Virus record (IMG/VR): IMGVR_UViG_3300020379_001053
Location: 1-34,122 of that record
Source of the DNA: a virus
Lineage: Duplodnaviria; Caudoviricetes
Length of the DNA stretch: 34,122 nucleotides
Reading direction: 5' to 3' (one strand)
Positions 26,316-34,122 of this stretch are shown here, one piece after another. The notes beneath the pieces are model-generated. The model did no database searches, was not told the origin of the DNA, and saw only the letters and a list, made by a program, of their open reading frames with translations. Position numbers and translations under genes: made by a program. Position 1 is the stretch's first letter. The number at the start of each line of letters is the position of its first letter.

Positions 26316-28105
26316 TATACATCCTCTAGTATGTTACACATTGCTGCAACCATTGATCTATAATGATTTTGCTTATCAATAGCAGAGAACATTAACTCTT
26401 GTGGCACTTCACCACCACCTCCACCTTGAGATCCTCCACCACCTCCACCAGTGGTGACTGGAATCACCTTACCTTTCTTCTGTTTACCTGGAGGGTTATT
26501 GATAAGTTGATCTGCTTTCTTTTCAGTTATCTCTCCTGCAACACTAGATTTCTTTATCAAATTACTTGCTCTACTAAGAACCATCTGCTTATTCTTTTGT
26601 TTGTTAAAGAAGTCTTTCTCAAATCCTTTTGCTCCACCCCATAGATTATTATTGTAATCTATTTTCTTAGTATTTGGATCCATTGATCCAACAAACTTAT
26701 CAGAAAGAAACTCTTCGTTCCATATCTGTATCTCACCAGTCTTCTTCTTAACCCTTAAGAAATATGCTTCCTTTTTAGGGCCTGTAAATCTTAGATTTTT
26801 CTGATCACTACCAATAAAATCCTTACCACCACCAGTCATACCAAGACCACCTTCGCTTGGTCCTTTACTTGGTACTTTAGATTTAGTCATTGTATTTAAA
26901 TTTCCTACAAGACCACCACCTTCAAACTTATTTCCTTTAGGTCTATTGGTTCCACCAGCAGCAGAGTTCATATTAGCAAGCGTATCAGCACCATACTCTT
27001 GTACAGCACCCTTACTCATTACAAATTCACCAGCAGTTAATTTTGCAGGTACTCTGTCCACTCCTTCAGGGCCTGATACAAAACCACCTTCATTAAAATT
27101 CATCATACCAGGAAAAGATCCCACCTCACTGTATGATTGACTTGGTTTAATATTAACCTTACTCTTATCCTCTTGTTGACTAAACTCTTCTACAGTTAAA
27201 GTACTATCATCATCTTGTTCATCAAATGCTTGTCTATTTTTTTGTATCCTATTAGCAGCATACACTGAACCAGCTGCAATACCTATCGATGCCATTAACC
27301 AAGGATTAGATTTTCCAAAAAGAAAAATTCTTTTAGTCAACCCAAGTAATCCTGTTAATAACTGAGCACTACCAAGTGCTATTAATTTAACAAACTTTAA
27401 TACCGTTAATCCTATATTAAGAGCAACGAGTGCAAGTATACCTTTGACTATAGCAGGTACAGCATTGACTATGAACTCTTTAAATGCTTCTACATCCTTT
27501 TTATTCTTATCATTACCAAACCAAGTTAAGAATTTAGTAAGTCCCCAACCCAACAACAACTTCGTAAAACCTTCGACAATACTTTCCCATAAACCCTTCA
27601 CGGGTTTGGTTAATGTCTCAACAAACCCTGATGTCTTTGGTTTCTTTTCTTTACTTTCTGACTTATCTTCCTTCTCTTTACGTTTTGATTTCTCAGTCTC
27701 TTGCTTTTCTTCTGTTGCTGCGTCCTCTTCTACATCAACTTGCTTCTCTACAACAGTAAGTATCCCACCTACATCCTCTCTAATATTTTTTAATAAATCT
27801 TCTAGTCTACTATCAAAAGCATTAGCAACTCTCTCTGCCACCTCACTCTTTTCTGGTGCTGCACCTTGTACTGCTTTAAAAGCAGGTAATGCTTTTGTTG
27901 CACCACCACCCAATGCCTTGGGTGCAACAGGTTTCATAGGTTCTTTTTTATTTAAAACCTTCTGAACAAATGTCTTAAATTCTATCTTACCTTGCTTCTT
28001 AAATGCTTCTTTCCTTTGTTCAGGTGTCAATTTTTTGCCACCCAAAGTCCCCTGAGTCCTAGCCTCCTCTTCAAGATTAAAAAAGTTGTTAGCGTTAATT
28101 GCCAT
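26315..28105 (-). CDS. Tape-measure-like protein (596 aa)
   Basis: FNEGGFVSGPEGVDRVPAKLTAGEFVMSKGAV motif typical of tape measure proteins. Coiled and hydrophobic segments. Confidence 0.65.
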   Translation of the reverse strand: MAINANNFFNLEEEARTQGTLGGKKLTPEQRKEAFKKQGKIEFKTFVQKVLNKKEPMKPVAPKALGGGATKALPAFKAVQGAAPEKSEVAERVANAFDSRLEDLLKNIREDVGGILTVVEKQVDVEEDAATEEKQETEKSKRKEKEDKSESKEKKPKTSGFVETLTKPVKGLWESIVEGFTKLLLGWGLTKFLTWFGNDKNKKDVEAFKEFIVNAVPAIVKGILALVALNIGLTVLKFVKLIALGSAQLLTGLLGLTKRIFLFGKSNPWLMASIGIAAGSVYAANRIQKNRQAFDEQDDDSTLTVEEFSQQEDKSKVNIKPSQSYSEVGSFPGMMNFNEGGFVSGPEGVDRVPAKLTAGEFVMSKGAVQEYGADTLANMNSAAGGTNRPKGNKFEGGGLVGNLNTMTKSKVPSKGPSEGGLGMTGGGKDFIGSDQKNLRFTGPKKEAYFLRVKKKTGEIQIWNEEFLSDKFVGSMDPNTKKIDYNNNLWGGAKGFEKDFFNKQKNKQMVLSRASNLIKKSSVAGEITEKKADQLINNPPGKQKKGKVIPVTTGGGGGGSQGGGGGEVPQELMFSAIDKQNHYRSMVAAMCNILEDV

Positions 28106-28271
28106 CCTGTTTTTGCCTTTCCTTCTCTTCCTCTATATGTTGTTTGAGGAGGTCAACATAGACATCACGTTCCCAAGGGATCATGTTTTCTATCTCTGTC
28201 AAGCTATATTTATGGTACTGCATCAAGGAAAAATTAATCCTAAAGTATGCCTCAAGACTCATATGAGACAT
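28095..28271 (-). CDS. gp51: Baseplate hub assembly catalyst gp51-like (58 aa), missed by the ORF track
   Basis: Manual translation MSHMSLEAYFRINFSLMQYHKYSLTEIENMIPWERDVYVDLLKQHIEEEKERQKQDGN*. The YSLTEIENMIPWER motif is characteristic. Confidence 0.85.
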   Translation of the reverse strand: MSHMSLEAYFRINFSLMQYHKYSLTEIENMIPWERDVYVDLLKQHIEEEKERQKQDGN

Positions 28272-28286
28272 CGCTACCCGAAAAAA
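28247..28286 (-). other. Candidate -1 programmed ribosomal frameshift signal
   Basis: Heptamer T TTT TTC (28286-28280), spacer GGGTAGCG, stem ATGTCTCA / TGAGGCAT with a 9-nt loop. The -1 frame is continuous with gp51. Confidence 0.6.
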
Positions 28287-28996
28287 GACGCTAACCCCTC
28301 CAGAGTAACAGTGCTCTTCTTCTTGGTCTTAGGATTGGTAACCTTAACATCATAAGATAATTTAGGCATAGTCTCAAAGAAGTTCTCAATGTCTTGAAAC
28401 TGAGTAGTATTTAACTGCTCAAGAAACTCACTGAGTTCTTTCTTACTAGACTCTGCAGCAGGCCATGCTTCTTCATCACTGTATATAGTATCGATACACT
28501 GTGAAATGAGATCAAAGGACTGTTCTAGTTGAGAACCTTTAGATCCACTCACATCAAAATTAGTCTGAATGAATTGTTCCAATGAAGGATACTTCATCTT
28601 CATACTAAGAGTATCATCAAGTTTAATAGTATCATTATGCTTCTTAGATTTCTGAACTTGTATCTCATCAATAGGGATGACTATATCAACCTCAGTCTTC
28701 TCATCATCTGGACATGTGATAGTAACTTCTATCTCCTCACCAACAGACTTACCTCTGATGTTAAGGAAAAGATATTCAATATCAAATGTAGGAAGTGTAT
28801 CTACTTTGACATTAGATTTGATACAAGACTTTAGAACTTCTTTAATTGCTCTAGATATATCCTTTTGATTCTCACTCTCCATAGCAAGCACAAGAAGTTT
28901 CTCTTCTCTTACTAAGAAAGGTCTATAGGTTATCGTTTCTCCTGTAGATGGCAACTCAAGTTCATAACTTGGCGTACTAATCTTTGGTAAAGGCAT
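28274..28996 (-). CDS. gp26: Baseplate hub subunit / assembly chaperone gp26 (240 aa)
   Basis: MPLPKI.TP.YEL.LPS...YRPFLVREEKLL...FDIEYLFLNIRGKSVGE...FFETMPKL...LEGLASFF. Confidence 0.9.
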   Translation of the reverse strand: MPLPKISTPSYELELPSTGETITYRPFLVREEKLLVLAMESENQKDISRAIKEVLKSCIKSNVKVDTLPTFDIEYLFLNIRGKSVGEEIEVTITCPDDEKTEVDIVIPIDEIQVQKSKKHNDTIKLDDTLSMKMKYPSLEQFIQTNFDVSGSKGSQLEQSFDLISQCIDTIYSDEEAWPAAESSKKELSEFLEQLNTTQFQDIENFFETMPKLSYDVKVTNPKTKKKSTVTLEGLASFFG

Positions 28997-29021
28997 AACA
29001 AAATATAATATTATGTGTCTT

Positions 29022-29029
29022 TATTTAGA
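29022..29029 (-). promoter_or_regulatory. Putative late promoter (TCTAAATA)
   Basis: Intergenic, about 25 nt upstream of gp26. Confidence 0.6.
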
Positions 29030-29033
29030 GACT

Positions 29034-30038
29034 TTATGCGATGCTGTTACTTCCTGTATTATATCTCCTAAGACTCTTATCACCACTAGTTTGTCCTGCT
29101 GAAGAATCTAAAGAACCAAAGTCACCCCATGCTCCATCAATATTTGTATTACCCGTAGTTGCTTGATTATTTGTTCCAGGTTCTCCAACCTCTTGGTTAA
29201 CAGTTGAGTTAGTATTCTGTCCGTTATCTATAGGATATTGTTTCTGTCCTATATCCTTAGTAAGTTGCTGAGACGAATCTGTTATGGCAGACTTAGATCC
29301 ATCCTTATGAAGAATAGGATTAGAAGGATTGTCCTTGGAAGTATTCTTCATTGGCTGTGAACGACCAGAGAAACTATCCTGTCCAAGATTACCTGGATTT
29401 CTAATACCAGTTTTGTTTGTAACGTATCTTTCATAAGAGAAGGTCACAGTAAACTCAAGGTTCTGTGATGGGTCATAAGATACATCAGCTGATGATATAT
29501 TCTGTGGGAAGACATTAATAAAGGAATAAACAATTGATCCTTTAGGTCTGAATGGATTAACTACACTCCATTGAGCATCCATATCTTTATTAAACTTATA
29601 AAGATATAAATCACATTTATAATTGTCTGGATAGTTAGCAACGAAAGATGAGGCAGTAGATTTTGGATTCCTCCCTACCAATGGCATAATATATTCCATC
29701 CATGCTTCAAACAAATACATGATCTGATAGTTAGAATCAATATAAAATGTTAAGTCAATAGTATTATCAAACTGACGCATGTATGCACTCTTCTGCACCA
29801 CACCATAAAAATCTCTTACATCATGTGTTGATACTTGAGAACCAGGAAGTGAGGTTGCTTTACATAGCATCCCTGCCTCATTTAATAATGAACGAGGTAT
29901 ATCATTTGCTACTAATGCATTATAAAGATTCTGATTAAATCCAATATGAGACCTGTACTGACTACTCTGTGCCAGATTACCAAACCTACTTAAAAATCTT
30001 GCTGTACTGTATCGAGTACCTGGTATGTTGCCAGCCAT
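29034..30038 (-). CDS. Tail tube-like / baseplate tail tube initiator (gp54/gp19 family) (334 aa)
   Basis: LCKATSLPG...IDLTFYID...FEAWMEYI...NVFPQNISS...FTVTFSYE tube-fold motifs. Polar low-complexity C-terminal tail. Confidence 0.7.
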   Translation of the reverse strand: MAGNIPGTRYSTARFLSRFGNLAQSSQYRSHIGFNQNLYNALVANDIPRSLLNEAGMLCKATSLPGSQVSTHDVRDFYGVVQKSAYMRQFDNTIDLTFYIDSNYQIMYLFEAWMEYIMPLVGRNPKSTASSFVANYPDNYKCDLYLYKFNKDMDAQWSVVNPFRPKGSIVYSFINVFPQNISSADVSYDPSQNLEFTVTFSYERYVTNKTGIRNPGNLGQDSFSGRSQPMKNTSKDNPSNPILHKDGSKSAITDSSQQLTKDIGQKQYPIDNGQNTNSTVNQEVGEPGTNNQATTGNTNIDGAWGDFGSLDSSAGQTSGDKSLRRYNTGSNSIA

Positions 30039-30045
30039 CTAAATA
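30038..30045 (+). promoter_or_regulatory. Putative late promoter (TCTAAATA)
   Basis: 26 nt upstream of the gp4 start. Confidence 0.6.
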
Positions 30046-30071
30046 CCATATGGTGTTTCCCTATACTATGT

Positions 30072-30509
30072 ATGTCATATAAAGGCAAGTTTACCCCAAC
30101 TAAGTCAAATAAGTACAAAGGAGACTCAAGAAACATCATTTATAGATCCCTTTGGGAACTAAAGTTTATGAAATGGTGTGATCGTAATGAAAATATACTT
30201 GAATGGGGTAGTGAAGAATTTTTTATACCATACATATCTCCTCTAGACAACAGACCTCACCGTTACTTCCCAGACTTCTACATGAAGATCAAAGAAAGTG
30301 ATGGTAAGATTAAGAGATATGTAATTGAAGTTAAACCATTGAAACATTGTGTACCTCCCACAAAAGGAAGGAAACAAAAGAGAACATTCATACGTGAAGT
30401 GGCAGAGTATGCAAAGAACCAAGCAAAATGGAAAGCTGCTAGGTCATTCTGTGAGATGAGACAATTAACCTTTAAAGTAGTTACGGAAAAAGAACTTGGC
30501 ATTAAATGA
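30072..30509 (+). CDS. gp4: Head completion nuclease gp4 (145 aa)
   Basis: YKGKF.P...KYKGD...IIYRSLWE..FMKWCD...WGSEE..IPY...HRYFPDF...IEVKP...NQAKWKAA. Confidence 0.92.
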   Translation: MSYKGKFTPTKSNKYKGDSRNIIYRSLWELKFMKWCDRNENILEWGSEEFFIPYISPLDNRPHRYFPDFYMKIKESDGKIKRYVIEVKPLKHCVPPTKGRKQKRTFIREVAEYAKNQAKWKAARSFCEMRQLTFKVVTEKELGIK

Positions 30510-30867
30510 ACCCTACGAAAATAGACTCACTGGTATAGTGGAGAACCTCATAGGTACAGAGGATGCTGATGATCTAATGGTGGATATCATTGATAGATTA
30601 TCAGATGGAGTAACACCAGTACCTGACTTAGGAAACTACTACACATTCATCTACAAAGCAAAGACTCCTAACATTACATACGATACTAATCCTCTCGTTG
30701 CTGTTACAGAGTACATGCCAAATGGATTCAAGGGATACAACTTTCATTGGAATAGAATGAGAAACTATACCTTCATGGAGGTAGTAGGGCAGTTATATTA
30801 TGTGAACCCATCAGAGATTGATGAACTCAAGTCTATTCCCTACCAAAATTTTGTTCTAAATAACTAA
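30496..30867 (+). CDS. DNA end protector (gp2)-like protein, short form (123 aa)
   Basis: YYTFIYKAKTP...YDTNPLVAV...GFKGYNFHW resembles the gp2 core. Adjacent to gp4. TTG start uncertain. Confidence 0.55.
   Translation: MALNEPYENRLTGIVENLIGTEDADDLMVDIIDRLSDGVTPVPDLGNYYTFIYKAKTPNITYDTNPLVAVTEYMPNGFKGYNFHWNRMRNYTFMEVVGQLYYVNPSEIDELKSIPYQNFVLNN
30855..30862 (+). promoter_or_regulatory. Putative late promoter (TCTAAATA)
   Basis: 17 nt upstream of the gp48 GTG start. Confidence 0.55.
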
Positions 30868-30879
30868 AAAGAGAGTATA

Positions 30880-32106
30880 GTGTCAACAGTATCTAATAAA
30901 GTATTAGTAGGAGGAAAACCAGGAACCTTTAGTTGGGATCCTGAATCTCTTGCTGTCGCTGCTAAATTTACAGACTCAATTGGTGTAGAATACACACAAA
31001 ATTTAGACACTGGTAACTTCTTTAATACAGATGGAGATTGGTTAGGTGAAGAAAGTCAACTAACTGTTAAGCAAGCATTTGGACAGTCAGCAAACTTAGA
31101 ACTAGGAGATCCAGAACTTAGAAAGAATTTAGACAAGTATGCAGATGGTTTAAATATTTTTGAAAATCCTGGTAGTGCTAGTGCAGGTAACGATGGAGAT
31201 AAAGGAAAGCCAACACAACCAGCAATACCACCACGTGCAACCCCAGTAGCTAGGAAACGATATGGTGATTTAAAATATCCTCTTACTCTAGATGGTATTG
31301 ATTACATGACCATCAAACAGTATGCATATGAGCCTCTGTCAGCAATGGGTGCGGTGAGTGGAAGAGAAAGAAGAGCAGACCGCAGACATAAAACATCAAT
31401 AGGATCTGTTACTCTTCCTATACCTAGTCAATTAGCAGACACTAATGCTGTCAATTGGAACAACAGTGAAATGAATGATCTGCAAATGGGTATGATGCAG
31501 TCTGGTTCTAGAATTATGAATTCAGGTAATTTCATTGGAGCACTTCAAGCAGAAGTAAATGATGGTTTAAGTGCTCTCGGTAATAACACACAAGGAGGAA
31601 AACAAGCAATTCAAGCCTTTCTTTTGGGTGGTATACCTGGCGTTGGTGGTGCTAATGCAGTGTTGGGAAGGTTGAACGGACAGATGTTAAATCCAAACTT
31701 GGAACTCATCTTCAATGGTCCTACCTTACGTGAGTTTCAATATAGTTTTAGACTCACACCAAGAAGTGATTTAGAATCAAGAATGGTTAGAAGTATCATT
31801 AGATTTTTTAAACAAGGAATGTCAGTAAAAGAAACTACAACAAATTTATTCCTTAGTTCTCCTAATATATTCCAACCTAGATTTTACAATAAGCAAGGGA
31901 AACAGCACACATTTATCAACGTCATAAAGAAATGTGCTTGTAAGAGTTTCACTGTGAACTACGTACCTGATAATACTTACATGACCTTACCCAACTCATC
32001 TATGACTGCTTATGATATAAGTATGTCATTCACAGAACTCGATCCAATTGTAGATATGGATTACTCAGAGTTGGATGGTGATAACGACAACGTAATAGGA
32101 TTCTAA
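30880..32106 (+). CDS. gp48: Baseplate tail tube cap gp48 (408 aa)
   Basis: LKYPL...VTLPIP...NPNLELIFNGPTLREFQYSFRLTPRS..E...IIRFFKQGM...SMSFTELDPI. Confidence 0.88.
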   Translation: MSTVSNKVLVGGKPGTFSWDPESLAVAAKFTDSIGVEYTQNLDTGNFFNTDGDWLGEESQLTVKQAFGQSANLELGDPELRKNLDKYADGLNIFENPGSASAGNDGDKGKPTQPAIPPRATPVARKRYGDLKYPLTLDGIDYMTIKQYAYEPLSAMGAVSGRERRADRRHKTSIGSVTLPIPSQLADTNAVNWNNSEMNDLQMGMMQSGSRIMNSGNFIGALQAEVNDGLSALGNNTQGGKQAIQAFLLGGIPGVGGANAVLGRLNGQMLNPNLELIFNGPTLREFQYSFRLTPRSDLESRMVRSIIRFFKQGMSVKETTTNLFLSSPNIFQPRFYNKQGKQHTFINVIKKCACKSFTVNYVPDNTYMTLPNSSMTAYDISMSFTELDPIVDMDYSELDGDNDNVIGF

Positions 32107-32107
32107 A

Positions 32108-32770
32108 ATGTCTAGATACTTCCGCAACCTACCAAACTTTGAGTACATCTCTCGTATCAATGAGAGAAAAACTAATAAGGATTTTATTACTGTTAAAAAT
32201 CTTTTCCGTAGACCTGTAATAAGGGAAGATTTATTTGCAGACTTTATGTCATTCACCAAGTATCAAATCATTGGTGATGAACGTCCCGATGAAGTTGCAT
32301 ACAAAGTCTATGGAGATTCTAATTTAGATTGGGTTGTTCTTCTTTCAAATAATGTCGTTAATGTAAGAGATGAATGGCCATTAACTCAAGAAGATTATAG
32401 AAACTATTTGATTGAAAAATATGGTAACGATACTGATGCACTAGATGTTATTAAATTCTATGAGACTAAAGAGATAAAAGACTCTAAGGGAAAAGTATTT
32501 GTTCCTAAAAAAATGAGAGTTGATTCAACATATAATGTAAGTTTCTTAGACAGTGGAACCAAGAAAATAGTTGAAGTAAGTCCGATAGAAGGTATCAGTT
32601 ACCGTACATATGAAGACAGACTTCAAGAGGATAAAAGAAACATTAACCTCTTGAAGTCTGAATATGTATCGATTGTATTGAATGATATAGAAACTCTCTT
32701 AGATTATGAACAGTCTACAGAATATATAAACCCAGTTCTCAAGAGAGCATCCAACCCGAACTTGGGTTAA
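32108..32770 (+). CDS. gp53: Baseplate wedge subunit gp53 (220 aa)
   Basis: YFRNLPNFEY...KNLFRR...GDERPDEVAYKVYGDSNLDWVVLLSNN...EWPL (LysM-like)...KRNINLLK. Confidence 0.9.
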   Translation: MSRYFRNLPNFEYISRINERKTNKDFITVKNLFRRPVIREDLFADFMSFTKYQIIGDERPDEVAYKVYGDSNLDWVVLLSNNVVNVRDEWPLTQEDYRNYLIEKYGNDTDALDVIKFYETKEIKDSKGKVFVPKKMRVDSTYNVSFLDSGTKKIVEVSPIEGISYRTYEDRLQEDKRNINLLKSEYVSIVLNDIETLLDYEQSTEYINPVLKRASNPNLG

Positions 32771-33649
32771 TTATTCCTCAGCAAGTTTCTGGAAATAACT
32801 TAAAGCATCATCCTCATCAGCATCAGGTGCTGAAGCAACTGCTGCAGCTGCAACAGGTGTTGGATCATCTTCTTGTACCACTTCCTCATCCATGCGAGGA
32901 CGTTGTGCTTGCTTCTGTCCTAAAACAGACTTAAGACGACGTTCTAGTTCTTCATATGATTTGAAGTTAGACTGTGCTGTAAAGTCTGCAAGTGGGTACT
33001 CCTTCTTCCAGAGTGCTTCAAGTGCATCATCGTCATCAAGGAGAGGTGAAGCAGAATCAAACTCTGACTTGTCATAATTCCAGTAACCATCAACCTTACG
33101 TATCTTAAGTTTGAAGTTTGCACCTTGCCAGAAATCGAAAGGATTAATGGGTGTTTCATCTTCAAACTCTGGTTGCATAGCGGCCGTTAACTTATCAAAT
33201 ATCTTCTTCCCAAACTTGAATAGGAAGACTCCTCCTTCATTGTGAGGATTAACTGGATCCTTCACAACATAGATGTTTGCATAGTAGGAAAGCTTACGCT
33301 TCTGTCTACGAACAACATCCTTGTCACCATCATTACCACTGTTCCATAAGTCCCTATTGTATTCTGATACAGGATCCTTACCACCCATAGTAGTAAGAGA
33401 ATTTTCTATGTACCAACCACCTGGTCCTTGGAATGCATGGGAGTATACCTTTGCCCAAGGTAGATCCTCTCCATCAGTTGCAGGAAGGAAACGAATAACA
33501 GCATAACCATTACCAGACTTATCCAGTTCTGGTTTCCAAAGTCGCTCATCAGCACCACCTTTGGTAGTGTTCGTCTTCTCGATCTCCTTAACTAATTTGG
33601 AGGTCAGCGATCCAAGAGAAGACTGTTTCTTTAGGCTTGAAAAAGACAT
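32771..33649 (-). CDS. gp32: Single-stranded DNA-binding protein gp32 (292 aa)
   Basis: DERLWKPELDKSGNGYAVIRFLP...HAFQGPGGWYIENSLTT...GANFKLKI, acidic tail DDALSYFQKLAEE. Confidence 0.96.
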   Translation of the reverse strand: MSFSSLKKQSSLGSLTSKLVKEIEKTNTTKGGADERLWKPELDKSGNGYAVIRFLPATDGEDLPWAKVYSHAFQGPGGWYIENSLTTMGGKDPVSEYNRDLWNSGNDGDKDVVRRQKRKLSYYANIYVVKDPVNPHNEGGVFLFKFGKKIFDKLTAAMQPEFEDETPINPFDFWQGANFKLKIRKVDGYWNYDKSEFDSASPLLDDDDALEALWKKEYPLADFTAQSNFKSYEELERRLKSVLGQKQAQRPRMDEEVVQEDDPTPVAAAAVASAPDADEDDALSYFQKLAEE

Positions 33650-33679
33650 AGATTTGGCTTTTGTTTTGAGATTTGGCTT
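33650..33679 (-). repeat. 11-bp direct repeat (AAGCCAAATCT x2) in the gp32 leader
   Basis: Copies at 33650-33660 and 33669-33679. The copy at 33650-33660 abuts the ATG. Confidence 0.8.
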
Positions 33680-33693
33680 GTTTGTACTTAATT

Positions 33694-33722
33694 ATTATAA
33701 GATCAATTAGAACTATTGTCAA
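33694..33722 (-). promoter_or_regulatory. Sigma70-type early promoter for gp32
   Basis: Perfect TTGACA (33722-33717), 17-nt spacer, TATAAT (33699-33694). Confidence 0.85.
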
Positions 33723-34041
33723 CCTGTTGTTTCATAATATCAATCATCTTCTCCATATTGGAAAAGACATTAGACATGTCAACATTTTTGGGCATCCCCA
33801 TCATGACAGCAGATTCTTGAATGTTCTCCTTCATCTTTTTAGCAGCAGGATCATCTGATAAACTCATACGAGCATAGAGTATCCTTTGCTTCTCAAGAAG
33901 TTCCAGAAGTAAGTCAATGTGTTCTTCCTTTTCTTCATTATCCATCTGAGGAAAATTAAAGACACTACCATAGACCTCCTCTTGGAGTTCTTGAATGTCT
34001 GTCATCTCCTTACGGACAACATCTGAATCAAAAAACGTCAA
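33703..34041 (-). CDS. DUF1825-like protein (112 aa)
   Basis: FFDSDVVR.E...LLEKQRILYARMSLSDDP.AKKMK resembles the cyanobacterial/cyanophage DUF1825 family. TTG start with GGAGG upstream. Confidence 0.75.
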   Translation of the reverse strand: MTFFDSDVVRKEMTDIQELQEEVYGSVFNFPQMDNEEKEEHIDLLLELLEKQRILYARMSLSDDPAAKKMKENIQESAVMMGMPKNVDMSNVFSNMEKMIDIMKQQVDNSSN

Positions 34042-34122
34042 TTTCTTTCTTCCTCCACAATTGTTTCTGTTTGAGTTTCAGTTTCATTTTGACTCTCTTG
34101 AATTTGTTCAAGAACATCAATA
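34038..34122 (-). CDS. 3' end of a hypothetical acidic protein (partial)
   Basis: Open frame ...IDVLEQIQESQNETETQTETIVEEERN*, with TGA overlapping the next TTG start (TTGA). Confidence 0.6.
   Translation of the reverse strand, partial: IDVLEQIQESQNETETQTETIVEEERN

Noticed and set aside
18950-27965. Many plus-strand ORFs of 60-173 aa (e.g. 18950-19342, 24748-25137, 25534-25992, 27444-27965)
   Set aside because: Fully antisense to long structural genes, with no motifs; expected from codon bias
28086-28355. 89-aa plus-strand ORF with a hydrophobic start
   Set aside because: Antisense shadow of gp51 and the gp26 end, which carry recognisable motifs on the minus strand
30072-30509. TnsA-like endonuclease suggesting a Tn7-type transposon
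   Set aside because: Sequence and context match T4 gp4 head completion protein; no other transposition genes or terminal repeats
1-34122. CRISPR array, tRNA, intron or intein
   Set aside because: No regularly spaced repeats, cloverleaf-sized gaps or splicing motifs recognised; intergenic gaps are very short

Overview
AT-rich, gene-dense segment of a T4-like myovirus genome, most consistent with a marine cyanophage of the Prochlorococcus/Synechococcus T4-like type (inferred from gene content: gp32, gp53, gp48, gp4, gp26/gp51, gp5, a CP12 gene and a DUF1825-like gene). Left part (1-12 kb): minus-strand tail fibre/adhesin genes. Middle (12-16 kb): a cassette of small exported or membrane proteins, with two plus-strand genes and unusual gene overlaps. 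Right part (16-34 kb): baseplate, hub and tape-measure-like genes, head completion gene and ssDNA-binding protein. Best leads: (1) a -1 ribosomal frameshift signal (T TTT TTC, 8-nt spacer, 8-bp hairpin) that would fuse gp26 to gp51 just upstream of the tape-measure-like genes, resembling lambda G/GT; (2) a five-gene exported-protein cassette that looks like a phage-encoded outer-membrane channel plus two paralogous secreted subunits, whose channel gene appears dual-coded at both ends. No tRNA, rRNA, CRISPR array or mobile element was recognised. All family assignments are by eye, without database searches.
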